Virus record (IMG/VR): IMGVR_UViG_3300009068_004979
Length of the DNA stretch: 64,000 nucleotides
Source: a virus
Direction: 5' to 3' (one strand)
Shown here piece by piece: positions 1-9,833 of this stretch; the first letter of the stretch is position 1, and each line of letters begins with the position of its first letter. The notes under the pieces are model-generated. The model saw only the letters and a program-made list of their open reading frames with translations, did no database searches and was not told the DNA's origin. The translations under genes were made by a program, and so were the position numbers.

Positions 1-1403
1 TAAAGTGATTGCTTGAAGAATCGAGTCAGATAACTATACTGTGGTTGCGCGATCCAGCCAACTAAAGAATCTTTAGGAAAATTAACTGGGTCAATGAGTG
101 TCATCTGTGCTGTTAGCTTCACATTCATTGTTGATTGTGCTGGAACAAAATATCCTTTATAAAATGCACCAAGAGATTGAGGTGCATCTGGAGTAAAATC
201 TTCATAAAAAGACACTGCAGTATACGGGTGTGTCCCTGTATTGTCAGTGTATACTAATCCAAATTCCATATTGTAAGACGTGAGTGATGTAAGAGCTGTG
301 TTTGTAGTAGAAGAAGAGAGAGGTGGGTATGTTTTTGTTGTGAAATTAGCTTCATCTTTTAATCGAATCACAAAAGGGATCTGTGTTTTTTGCCAACTAA
401 TTTCAGGAATATTAAACAGCGTAGATGATAGTGTACCTTCACCATCTATGCCAGTGGTTGTAATGGACATATTTTGCGCGGGGTTGTGTCGTACTTTGAT
501 AATGGGCTGTACAGCAGGTGCAATATTCTGAAACCCATATGGTGGATAGTCGATGTAGTCAAATAAATTTGTTCTCTGTGAAAATTCATCTTTGTAGAAT
601 CTATTATCTAATGTACAAAAAATTAATATGGGTGGCTCTCTGGAAGTAAAATTCTTTACACGATCGTCCACATAGTAAAATTCGCCTGTTCCAGTTGTAC
701 CTGCAAATTCGCAACCAAGGGTACCTTTGGGTACAACTTGTATTTTGTTATTAATTATTCCAGCGTAAAATTCTGTATTTGTTGTAGAGAGTTTATCTAC
801 AAGAACATACTGCTCTGTTGCACCAAGCTTTTCTTTAACATAAAATCTGCTTAATGATCTCAAATGAGACCATTTATCGTTCTCAAAATTAACTGAATCT
901 TCAAAATCGCCTGCAGCGCCTGATGCATAGAGACCGATTGTATAACCGCCATTGGCGCTCACAGCATTATAAGATTGCCAGCTGGAATAACGATCTATAA
1001 CCAAAGGATCAATAATTCTACTAGCAGGCACGTCATATATAAATTTACCAAAGTCTTTAAATAAAATCTGCTCATGGATAAAATCATATATGTTAATAGT
1101 GGGTTGAAAGGAACTATCATAAGCAAATCCATTGCTGTCATAAACAGTAAGTGTAACTTTATATTGTCCAGGCCATTTATATGTGTGGTAGCCTGTAAGT
1201 ACCGTCGACTGTGTACCATCACCAAAATCCCATTTAATTTTTTTGTTAGAAATCTTATTAGAACCAGAAAGTAAAGAGGACGATGTGAAATCAGGTATGA
1301 ACCGAAGTGGTGTCAAGTCAAGAGTATATGATGATAGTATGCTTGTGCCGCTATAATCTCGCACATCAAAGTACAGATATGTCAAATTCACATTTGAAGC
1401 CAT
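1..1403 (-). CDS. PKD (Ig-like) domain virion/baseplate protein, partial (runs off left edge)
   Basis: Not in the ORF track. Manual translation from ATG at 1403 gives MASNVNLTYLYFDVRD...KIKWDFGDGTQSTVLTGYHTYKWPGQYKVTLTV (PKD signature), and the frame is open to base 1. It starts 1 nt after the gp6 stop. Confidence 0.8.
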   Translation of the reverse strand, partial: MASNVNLTYLYFDVRDYSGTSILSSYTLDLTPLRFIPDFTSSSLLSGSNKISNKKIKWDFGDGTQSTVLTGYHTYKWPGQYKVTLTVYDSNGFAYDSSFQPTINIYDFIHEQILFKDFGKFIYDVPASRIIDPLVIDRYSSWQSYNAVSANGGYTIGLYASGAAGDFEDSVNFENDKWSHLRSLSRFYVKEKLGATEQYVLVDKLSTTNTEFYAGIINNKIQVVPKGTLGCEFAGTTGTGEFYYVDDRVKNFTSREPPILIFCTLDNRFYKDEFSQRTNLFDYIDYPPYGFQNIAPAVQPIIKVRHNPAQNMSITTTGIDGEGTLSSTLFNIPEISWQKTQIPFVIRLKDEANFTTKTYPPLSSSTTNTALTSLTSYNMEFGLVYTDNTGTHPYTAVSFYEDFTPDAPQSLGAFYKGYFVPAQSTMNVKLTAQMTLIDPVNFPKDSLVGWIAQPQYSYLTRFFKQSL

Positions 1404-1404
1404 A

Positions 1405-3261
1405 TTAGTATTCCTTTTGTAGTGTCTGGATAGAAGGTGTTACTACTCTTATTTTATTTGTAAAATCTAAAAGGTTATTCAAGAATGGAAACTTAAAATA
1501 CGGTAATTGTATATCTTGAGATGTTACTTGAATATCATCATAAGGGTACACAGGATTATAGATTATAACACTTATGCCTGGTGCTGTATAAGTTGTACCG
1601 TTCTCTACTCTCTTTGTATTAACATCAGTTACACCTTCAAGAGCCAAAATACTATTAGAAATATTTGTTAAGCTAATTAACGAGCCGAGATTATCATTAG
1701 TTGTAGCAAAATACTGTCTAAATATCTCGTAAACCTGCTGTTTGATTGTTTGAGGGTTTCTTTTAGCAGTTACATCACGTGTAATTTCAATATAACTATT
1801 ATCAGAGATGGAAGGGGCCAATGCTTCACCAGGTGCTCTTACACCAACATCCACTGTAACGTAAACAGGATCATTAATAATAGTTTCAGCAGTGGTTAGT
1901 TTAATATTGTAGAGATCATTAGTAATAAGCTGCTTTTGCGCAGCATTGAGGTAATTTGCACGAGTTGTGAGTGATGTTAACTTTTCTAATCTAGGCACTG
2001 CATAGATATAAACATTATTAAAATTACAGGCATCTGCAAATTTTACTTGGTTAAATAGTACTCTCGAATTTAAATTTGGTTTATCAAGACCTAGATCAAA
2101 GAAATACTTTTGATGACCGGAGATGTAATCCCAATTGTTAGCTACTTTTATAGATCCAATAATATTGCTATAATTCCTCTTCACGTAATTTTCATAATCA
2201 TCTGTTGTGATTAAGCGATATTGACTACGAAATGTATTTGTGGCATTATTTTTGATATTAGCTACTGGCTCGCGTGGTGTAAAAGGTGTGGATGGATCAA
2301 TGTTAGAAAATGTAATTTGCTGGACCTGCTGTCTGGAAATAACATTTAAATTAATAGGCGTTGTATCGGTTTTAATTTGATTAAAACGATTAGAGCTAAA
2401 GAAGAATAGTTGATTATTGTTTAATAATCCTGGGCCCACTTCACCTTGCGAGCCGTTGGACTTGAGATAATAAATTGCTACTTCATCTCCAGGGTTAAGT
2501 TTTTTCCCATTTACATTATTGCCAAACTTGATTTCATAGCGCTCATTTTCATTTAATCGAATTTCATATCTGAGTGCATTTGATCTTTCTAAAAATAATG
2601 ATTGTGTCGACGACCACTTTTCCCAAACAGGATTAAGAGCTGTGTTGTCTTTGACATATACTTCTGTATTAAAATGATCAATAGTAATATTATTATTATT
2701 GTTATCGACAACAACCATGGTGATTACTTCAAAGGGTTCACCTGTTGCAATATAAGATGGATACTCGGTAAATATGCCTTGATAGAGCAAATTATTATCT
2801 TGCAAGTCTGTTAGTTGCACAGCACCGCTGTTAGGTTTTGTAAACGTTACATCTTGGTTAAAGGAGTAATAGGTACCGTTAATTGTAAAATACGAATATC
2901 TTGGGATGGTGTATGTTTCAGGAGGCAATTGTTCATTTGCGTTAGCTAAGAAAGTAAGAATTGATGTCTGGTTACCAACGGGGTTATAACCAATCAATTT
3001 AACAATCTTGTTTATGTTTTCGTAAAGCTCAGCAGTAGTAAATGTGCTCTCTGCACCAGTTCTGTTCAAATAAAATAATAATGTATGGTAAGAATAAGCA
3101 ATAATATCAATTATTGCAGAAATATTACTCCCTTCAAAATTTTGATCTGTAAAGATATTGCTCTGATTTAACCGAGAGACAATGAGTCCTTTTAAGCTGA
3201 GAGCATCGAATGCTGCATAGCCATTTGCTGGTAAGCTAAAATCGTTAAATTTTTCTGCCAT
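1405..3261 (-). CDS. Baseplate wedge subunit, T4 gp6-like
   Basis: FTDQNFEGSNISAIIDIIAY, KLIGYNP, YEIKFGN, RLITTDDY motifs typical of gp6; 618 aa; follows gp25. Confidence 0.9.
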   Translation of the reverse strand: MAEKFNDFSLPANGYAAFDALSLKGLIVSRLNQSNIFTDQNFEGSNISAIIDIIAYSYHTLLFYLNRTGAESTFTTAELYENINKIVKLIGYNPVGNQTSILTFLANANEQLPPETYTIPRYSYFTINGTYYSFNQDVTFTKPNSGAVQLTDLQDNNLLYQGIFTEYPSYIATGEPFEVITMVVVDNNNNNITIDHFNTEVYVKDNTALNPVWEKWSSTQSLFLERSNALRYEIRLNENERYEIKFGNNVNGKKLNPGDEVAIYYLKSNGSQGEVGPGLLNNNQLFFFSSNRFNQIKTDTTPINLNVISRQQVQQITFSNIDPSTPFTPREPVANIKNNATNTFRSQYRLITTDDYENYVKRNYSNIIGSIKVANNWDYISGHQKYFFDLGLDKPNLNSRVLFNQVKFADACNFNNVYIYAVPRLEKLTSLTTRANYLNAAQKQLITNDLYNIKLTTAETIINDPVYVTVDVGVRAPGEALAPSISDNSYIEITRDVTAKRNPQTIKQQVYEIFRQYFATTNDNLGSLISLTNISNSILALEGVTDVNTKRVENGTTYTAPGISVIIYNPVYPYDDIQVTSQDIQLPYFKFPFLNNLLDFTNKIRVVTPSIQTLQKEY

Positions 3262-3263
3262 AA

Positions 3264-3746
3264 TTAGTTGTTAAAGTTGAATCCTGAATTACTTAATGTG
3301 CCAGCAAGTTGAAAACTAGCGTTATTATTGAGTGTTGGTACTGAAAATCTAAGATTAATAATATACTGCGCATTATCTGGATCTGCAATAACTTCCACAT
3401 TTAATCCTGCAATTCGAGGCTCAAAAACTGTAGTGTTATTGTAAATCATGTTACCAATATCCTGAGCTGTTGTTTCATTTACTTCTTCAAAAATATACTG
3501 AACTAGGTTTAAACCAAACACAGGATTAAGAATCTTCTGACCTGGAATAGTAGTAAACAAATTGTAAAGTGAGTTTCTTATACAGGCATAATCATAATCT
3601 TCCTTTAAATCTCTTATTTCTCTTTTTCTAAGCAGTTCGTTATTAATAGTATAATCAAATTCTAAATCTAACTTTAAATCCTGATAAGTGTAAGTGCTTA
3701 CTGCGACTACAGGTTGTGCTACAGACTGTATTTTAATAGATGCCAC
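3264..3746 (-). CDS. Baseplate wedge subunit, gp25-like
   Basis: IRNSLYNLFTTIPGQKILNPVFG...FEPRI; start moved to GTG 3746, 5 nt after a TAAATA box. Confidence 0.85.
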   Translation of the reverse strand: MASIKIQSVAQPVVAVSTYTYQDLKLDLEFDYTINNELLRKREIRDLKEDYDYACIRNSLYNLFTTIPGQKILNPVFGLNLVQYIFEEVNETTAQDIGNMIYNNTTVFEPRIAGLNVEVIADPDNAQYIINLRFSVPTLNNNASFQLAGTLSNSGFNFNN

Positions 3747-3816
3747 AAAAGTATTTATTTGCAGTTTGTATTTCAAAAACTGTTTTATTTAATACTTTAA
3801 AGCATAAATAATTTAA

Positions 3817-4416
3817 ATGAAGAGAAAATTTACTGTTCTAGTAGAAAACATCACAAGACATGTACATGGCGGATTCCTTGCTGGTGATGTAGTTAAATTT
3901 AAGAAGAATGCATTTAGTCATCGTTTCTTTAAAGAATGCCCTGCAGAATGTGCAGAACAAGCTAAGAAACTCATTGAAAGTGGCGTAAATTTAAGAGCCA
4001 AGAACATTAAAACACTCATGCCTGCAGTTATGGGTGCTGGTAACACTGATAACAATGGGTACAGTTTTTCTGTTGAAGTAACACCTGAAATTGCACCTGG
4101 AAGATATGATATCAATCAGTCTCTCACAGTTCCGCATGATACTCTAGAAAGAGTGGACTATTATCCAAGCTTACCTGAAGTGCCTGAGAAGTTTAAAAGA
4201 GACAACAAGACACAGATCAAGCCAACTGAAGTAAAGGATGAAGCAGAAGAAGTACCTTTTTATTCACCTTTTCGCACCCGTACTTCCGATGCAGGTCATA
4301 AGCAAATTGCCGGAGATCGCACATTGTTGAATCAGAACACAAAGATCCCTGCATCGCCTGCTGAAGGTCAGAAAGACCCAGCTCAATATACAGCTAGATA
4401 TCTTCCTAAGCAGTAA
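3817..4416 (+). CDS. Late hypothetical protein (putative head-associated)
   Basis: 199 aa; TAAATA 3805-3810; N-terminus MKRKFTVLVE. Confidence 0.75.
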   Translation: MKRKFTVLVENITRHVHGGFLAGDVVKFKKNAFSHRFFKECPAECAEQAKKLIESGVNLRAKNIKTLMPAVMGAGNTDNNGYSFSVEVTPEIAPGRYDINQSLTVPHDTLERVDYYPSLPEVPEKFKRDNKTQIKPTEVKDEAEEVPFYSPFRTRTSDAGHKQIAGDRTLLNQNTKIPASPAEGQKDPAQYTARYLPKQ

Positions 4417-5344
4417 GCTTAGAATCTGCTAAAGCCAATAAGCAGCTGTAACAATTAATTTCATTATCCACAACAAAACTACTTCTGTAGATATATTCTG
4501 ATAACGTTAGCAGATAGTGCTTCTTAAAGTCTAAATTGGTTTCATTGCTATCAATAAAATTAAACAAATTGCGCATTAACGAAACATAGTCATTATTAAA
4601 AGCGCTCTCATTCTCTATAAGAGCTTTGCGCAATTGACCAATATTCTTTTTCTTTATTTCGTTGAAAATGAGTTCAAGAACTTTATCATTCTTTGTATCT
4701 TGCAGCTGCAATGCACCAGAAGATGAATACTTCTGCAGTTCATTGATACACATTCTAAGATCCGGGTATTTTGACTTGATGAATTCAAGTAATTTAGCTT
4801 TCTGATCTTCAGGTATTTCAACTTTTTCTGATTTAAGAACATGCACACAACGCTTCACAACACCTTCAATGGGTGGTGTGAGATCAATGCTCTGACATCT
4901 GCTCTGCAATGCAGGAATGACTCTGTATCTATAATTTGCAGTTAGAATGAAGCGAGTAATTTTAGCAAATTCTTCAATAGTGTTACGCAAAGCGCGTTGC
5001 GCTTCCATGCTAAGACCATCTGTTTCATCTAAAATAATAGCTTTAATTTTACCGTCAATGCTTAATGTTTGAGCAAAGCTTGTAACTTTGGTTCTTATGG
5101 TATCAATGCCATTCTCATCACTTGCGTTAATATACAAGTACTGGCATTCTAAGATATCATTAACAATAATTTTAGCTAATGATGTTTTACCTAGACCAGG
5201 TGTACCAACAAAGAGAAGGTTGGGTATTTCTTTCTTTGCTTTGAAAGAGTTAATATATGATAGATTTTTATCAGATATTACAAATTCTTCTAGCTTGCGC
5301 GGGCGATATTTTTCCACCCAGAGATTATTGAAGTTGTAACTCAT
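4406..5344 (-). CDS. Clamp loader ATPase, gp44/RFC-small-like
   Basis: LWVEKYRP, GTPGLGKT, INASDENGID, ILDE, SRC motifs. Confidence 0.95.
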   Translation of the reverse strand: MSYNFNNLWVEKYRPRKLEEFVISDKNLSYINSFKAKKEIPNLLFVGTPGLGKTSLAKIIVNDILECQYLYINASDENGIDTIRTKVTSFAQTLSIDGKIKAIILDETDGLSMEAQRALRNTIEEFAKITRFILTANYRYRVIPALQSRCQSIDLTPPIEGVVKRCVHVLKSEKVEIPEDQKAKLLEFIKSKYPDLRMCINELQKYSSSGALQLQDTKNDKVLELIFNEIKKKNIGQLRKALIENESAFNNDYVSLMRNLFNFIDSNETNLDFKKHYLLTLSEYIYRSSFVVDNEINCYSCLLALADSKLTA

Positions 5345-5805
5345 TATTTACCAGAAGAACCAAAGCCCTTGTCACCACGATCTGTAGCTTCAACAGTACC
5401 CCATTCAATCTGCATACCTAAGTTAAAGTACACAACAAACTGAGCAATTCTATCGCCCGCTTTTATACCATAATCAGTATCAGTTAAATTGTATAATTTT
5501 ATACCTGCATCACCACGATAGCCGCTGTCAATAATGCCCGGGTGAGCTGTAATGCCGTGCTTGAATCCCAATCCGCTTCGAGATTCAACTTTAATCCAAT
5601 ACCCTTCTGGAATATAAGCAAATTTTAAGCCAACACCCACAACAGCACTACCACGAGCCGGTATCAGTTTATCTTCAATACTATACACATCATATCCTGT
5701 GTCTGATTCATGATTTTTTGATGGTAATTTAGCTAAATCATGTGTTTTCTCAAACTTTAATACAGGCATATACTGCATATTTGGATCTATATCACTATTA
5801 CTCAT
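5344..5805 (-). CDS. dut: Trimeric dUTPase
   Basis: GYD, SRSGL, GIIDSGYRG, GDRIAQ, RGDKGFGSSG (motifs I-V). Confidence 0.95.
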   Translation of the reverse strand: MSNSDIDPNMQYMPVLKFEKTHDLAKLPSKNHESDTGYDVYSIEDKLIPARGSAVVGVGLKFAYIPEGYWIKVESRSGLGFKHGITAHPGIIDSGYRGDAGIKLYNLTDTDYGIKAGDRIAQFVVYFNLGMQIEWGTVEATDRGDKGFGSSGK

Positions 5806-5858
5806 AATATGATTCTATTATATGTTTGAATAAAATCAATATCTACTAAATAATTCTA

Positions 5859-6332
5859 ATGAGTGATGAATTAAATGAAATGGTTGGTGATTTATTGGAT
5901 CAATTGAATGATGCTAATAAGAAGGTAGATCAGGTTGCTAAAGAAAAAGATCCTTTGAAGAAAGAGGATTTAGAAAATTTTGTTATTGCTAAAGCTGGTG
6001 AATTAGTCGAACAAAGTTTATCCATGGTTGGCAATGTGAAGGATTACGTATATTCAACACCTGAATCGAAAGATGTGTCTTCGCTTTCTGATCTCATTAA
6101 TGCAACAGCAGCTGCATTAGAAACTTTGAATAAAATAGTTGTTTCAAATAAGAGGAATGAGACAGTAATTAAAGCTAAAGAGATGGACATTAATTCACGC
6201 AAAGATTTGCAAGATGCTGCTACTACAGGTAAAATGTTGGCTACAAGAGAAGATATCTTCAAATTAATTCTAAGTGATGTAAAAGATGCAGAAGTCGTTG
6301 AAGTTAAGAAAATTGAAGATCAATCTCGGTGA
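5859..6332 (+). CDS. Probable terminase small subunit (gp16-like)
   Basis: 157 aa helical protein with LSDLINATAAALETLNK and C-terminal ATREDIFKLIL, resembling gp16 architecture; late promoter 5847-5852. Confidence 0.5.
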   Translation: MSDELNEMVGDLLDQLNDANKKVDQVAKEKDPLKKEDLENFVIAKAGELVEQSLSMVGNVKDYVYSTPESKDVSSLSDLINATAAALETLNKIVVSNKRNETVIKAKEMDINSRKDLQDAATTGKMLATREDIFKLILSDVKDAEVVEVKKIEDQSR

Positions 6333-6910
6333 TTGTCGCACGTGAATAACTGCTTAAAGAAATTCTTGAAAATAGTTTTATAATCAGGCAATAGTCTTTT
6401 AAGTGTTGCACGAATTGAATCTGTATTGAAACTAACCGGGAATTTATATTGACCGGATTTTAATTTGTCTATGAGACCAGGAATATTAATAGTTTGTAGG
6501 AACCCTAGAAGCGGTATATTCACAATAGGCAGTTTAAAGTTACATGCTATATTGGTTAGTCCTCTGACTATGCCGAATAGACCTCCGCCAACAGAAGTAC
6601 CTTGTGTAGCAAAGCCTGCAATGTCTTGAAATGAGCCAGGATCTATGGATGGTAACCCAAGTGGTGCGTTCAGATTAATAATCTCAAGCGGATTTACTTC
6701 AGGCAGTGCCAATGCTTCTTCTTGATACAATAATGTTTGTTCATTATCTAACTGCATTTGTTCTAATGCTGGTGGCTGTTCATCTACGGGAACAATCCAC
6801 TGTGTCTGAGCATCATAATTTCTACTATTTAAGTCTGGTAATTTAGGCAGTGATAATTTCTTTAAAGAAAATTCAGGTATGCTTGAATAAGGATCTGGGT
6901 AGTCTGCCAT
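6320..6910 (-). CDS. Hypothetical tail/baseplate-operon protein
   Basis: 196 aa ORF at the end of the tail operon. Confidence 0.65.
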   Translation of the reverse strand: MADYPDPYSSIPEFSLKKLSLPKLPDLNSRNYDAQTQWIVPVDEQPPALEQMQLDNEQTLLYQEEALALPEVNPLEIINLNAPLGLPSIDPGSFQDIAGFATQGTSVGGGLFGIVRGLTNIACNFKLPIVNIPLLGFLQTINIPGLIDKLKSGQYKFPVSFNTDSIRATLKRLLPDYKTIFKNFFKQLFTCDNHRD

Positions 6911-6911
6911 G

Positions 6912-7883
6912 TTATAAAGAAGTATTTAAGAACGTACTATCAATCGACTGTGTTGATAGCTGCGGATCGCTTGTTCTGGGTTGCACTGCCAATGACTGTT
7001 TAATTGTTAATTCAGATCTTACTGATTTTATTTTCTTTTGTAGAACATCTAGTGTTTCGTATATGCCTTCTACATTTTCTTTAAAAGTAATATTGCTTAT
7101 ATACTGTTTATTGACGCTATTTTTTTCATATGCATCCCGTGCATTATAAGCAGTTAAATTATTAATATTGCTAAAGTAATTTACATATGAATAAATTCTT
7201 CCAAAATGTCTTGAAAGTGTTGTTATGAATTGAGGAAGAGCAGTTGTTCTTATTATAAAATGATGCAAATCAGTAATAAGATTCATTTCATGTGGTTGTG
7301 TTGAATCAACAGCAAAACTAAAATCTTCATTTATTTTCTGTATTTTAATTATATTAGTTCTAAAGAGTGTGGTTGTTTTGGAGCTCAAATCATTATTAAT
7401 ATCTTTAGTGATATTGCTTATTTTATTGTTTAATGATGGTGGATATGTTGCGGGTGGTCCGTATTTAGTACAATTGATATCAAAGAAAGGAATAACAGAA
7501 GTATCCAAAAGATATTTTGTATTTGCAAGTAAACCTATGCTATCACTCATTTCATCAAAAAATGATTTACTACCTGATGTATTTTGTATGACAATTTGCT
7601 TAACATCATCTACAGCGTTCTGATATTTTTTAACCCAAAAATATATAAACTCGCTATTGAAGCTTGTGAATCTATTTTGATCCAAGTCAATGAAAAAATT
7701 AGCTAGAGTATTGACTCTGTCACCTTCAGCAGATGAGCGCCAATAATCAATAGCTGCTTTGAATTCATTAACTAATGAGCCAACAACACTTACATATGTG
7801 GTATATGTAGTTAGAAAATCATAAGAATTAGCAACATTGTTAAATACCAATTCTGGTGATACTGATTTAATTAGAGATGTCAT
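6912..7883 (-). CDS. Hypothetical baseplate-operon protein
   Basis: 323 aa; ATGA overlap with the upstream hub gene. Confidence 0.7.
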   Translation of the reverse strand: MTSLIKSVSPELVFNNVANSYDFLTTYTTYVSVVGSLVNEFKAAIDYWRSSAEGDRVNTLANFFIDLDQNRFTSFNSEFIYFWVKKYQNAVDDVKQIVIQNTSGSKSFFDEMSDSIGLLANTKYLLDTSVIPFFDINCTKYGPPATYPPSLNNKISNITKDINNDLSSKTTTLFRTNIIKIQKINEDFSFAVDSTQPHEMNLITDLHHFIIRTTALPQFITTLSRHFGRIYSYVNYFSNINNLTAYNARDAYEKNSVNKQYISNITFKENVEGIYETLDVLQKKIKSVRSELTIKQSLAVQPRTSDPQLSTQSIDSTFLNTSL

Positions 7884-9463
7884 ACACTATCCTTGTTTAT
7901 AAAGATGTCTTTAAAGTTATACGTCTTGGCGCATCTCAGTTCATTATAATATTCACTATCTGTAAAAACATGCTTCACTTCAACAACAAAATAAATACCT
8001 AAAAGTTTATTATCAAAATCACTAGATGCGACAGCATCATCTCTCTCAATAGCTATAAATTTACCTGATTGTCTGTGAGATGAACCGGGAACTTTAAAAT
8101 TGATTATATTATTCATGAATACGCTATTGAATAAAAATCTATTTCTACCAATTGCTAATCTTTGATTTTCAACATTATCTACAACAGAAAATATATTCTG
8201 TATATTTTTTCTTAATGTTCTATAAGCACCAGGTATAAAATTCTCAGTTGGTGGGTTACCATTATCACCTTTCATGCAATCAACATAATTCTTTTTATAT
8301 ATCGCCATGGCTTCTGTAACGTCATTGCGATATGATTCTATGCTAAACTGCTTGTCTTCGTAATTGTAGCTATGCACATCTCTTGATGTGAGTCTATCTT
8401 GTGAAAAATAACCAGGCATATTTTCAAAAGAAAAATTTGAAATAGTAGCAAGTTTTTCTAAAAATAAAGCATATTTTGGTCCATAGTTTACTTTGAGCAC
8501 TGGTATTACAGCAGAGTTGTCATTGTAGCCACCAATTTTGTATGTTTCAAGAAAGTCGTCACCGCCTTGGTCATCTAATGATGATCCTTTATCGTATGCA
8601 CCGTTAAAAAAGCTTTTTAAACTTCTTAAAATAAATTGTCTTGGATAGCGCTCCAAGCTTAAAAATGCAGGGTCAAAATCATTATCAGCAGAAGAAACAT
8701 GGCGTGATAGTATATATTCTACAGAATCAATTCCCTTATAGTTTGCAGGTGATGAGAAGAACATGGGTGTCGAGCCTTCTTCAAAATTTTCTTCATCTAT
8801 GGTAACGGGGTACCCATCATTAGGATCAAACGCAGTTCTTAAGAACTCCTTTAATGCAGTGCCAGTTCTAACTCCACGCTGAGAGTTTGATAAGCCATTA
8901 ATATCTTGACCGCTGAGAATATTAGCTGTAGAAAATGCAACATTTTTTTCTTTTAAGAGTTCATAATAAAGATCCCATAGATACAGCTTAATATACTTTC
9001 TGCCTGGTTCATCAGTTAAAATTTCTTCTGTATTATATACCACCATATCAAGAGTAATTCTAAAAAGTTTATTTGCATCGTCGTCATTATCAGTAGTAAA
9101 TGGACCATCAGCTAATTTTGGCATGATGTCAATAGACACAATATCGCGGCTGTCGCCTTTAAATATAAAGCCTTTATTTTGCTGCTGTGATAGTGGTGTA
9201 TAGTATTGAGGAGATGAAGCTGGCGGTGCTGATTCAATATTACGTTCCAAAGCACCAAATGAATTATCAACAATCATATAGCCACGGTGAAATGTATTAT
9301 GAATTTGATCTTCAAGTACTAATGATTTTATTGCCGCCGGCTTTATTTCCCTATAGCGTTGATCTGTATTAATAATTCCTACATTAAAGCTATATGTTGT
9401 ACCATGAAATACAATTGTATTTTCATCAGTAAATAGCTGGTCATTTTGAAAGACGTCTGCCAT
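7880..9463 (-). CDS. Baseplate hub protein (gp27-like)
   Basis: 527 aa; C-terminal VPGSSHRQSGKFI...GIYFVVEVKHVF hub motif; follows gp53. Confidence 0.65.
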   Translation of the reverse strand: MADVFQNDQLFTDENTIVFHGTTYSFNVGIINTDQRYREIKPAAIKSLVLEDQIHNTFHRGYMIVDNSFGALERNIESAPPASSPQYYTPLSQQQNKGFIFKGDSRDIVSIDIMPKLADGPFTTDNDDDANKLFRITLDMVVYNTEEILTDEPGRKYIKLYLWDLYYELLKEKNVAFSTANILSGQDINGLSNSQRGVRTGTALKEFLRTAFDPNDGYPVTIDEENFEEGSTPMFFSSPANYKGIDSVEYILSRHVSSADNDFDPAFLSLERYPRQFILRSLKSFFNGAYDKGSSLDDQGGDDFLETYKIGGYNDNSAVIPVLKVNYGPKYALFLEKLATISNFSFENMPGYFSQDRLTSRDVHSYNYEDKQFSIESYRNDVTEAMAIYKKNYVDCMKGDNGNPPTENFIPGAYRTLRKNIQNIFSVVDNVENQRLAIGRNRFLFNSVFMNNIINFKVPGSSHRQSGKFIAIERDDAVASSDFDNKLLGIYFVVEVKHVFTDSEYYNELRCAKTYNFKDIFINKDSV

Positions 9464-9467
9464 AATT

Positions 9468-9830
9468 TTATCTCAATGATAGTCTAATTTCGTCTATAAT
9501 AGATCTTATATACTCCGGTCTTATAATTTTTAAAACTGTTCCTGCTGAAGGGCCTTTTACAGGATTATATATTTTATTTACCAGACAAATCAACCACCAT
9601 AGCTCTATGGTCTGATAAGCATTGTAGCTTATGGCTGTCCATGGTAAATTCTGTCTTACCTGAATATAGAAAATTTTTGTATCATCAATAAAATCTGGAA
9701 AATTAATAGCTTGCAGGATGCTATAAAAGTATTGATTATCTGGTGTTTTATACATTTTAAAGATATTTTCATATCTTAAATCATTAAGTTTTGGCAATGT
9801 ATTAATTTGATTTTGATATTGGCCATCCAT
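9468..9830 (-). CDS. Baseplate wedge gp53-like (LysM-like)
   Basis: ISYNAYQTIELWWLICLVNKIYNP...GTVLKII. Confidence 0.85.
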   Translation of the reverse strand: MDGQYQNQINTLPKLNDLRYENIFKMYKTPDNQYFYSILQAINFPDFIDDTKIFYIQVRQNLPWTAISYNAYQTIELWWLICLVNKIYNPVKGPSAGTVLKIIRPEYIRSIIDEIRLSLR

Positions 9831-9833
9831 ATA

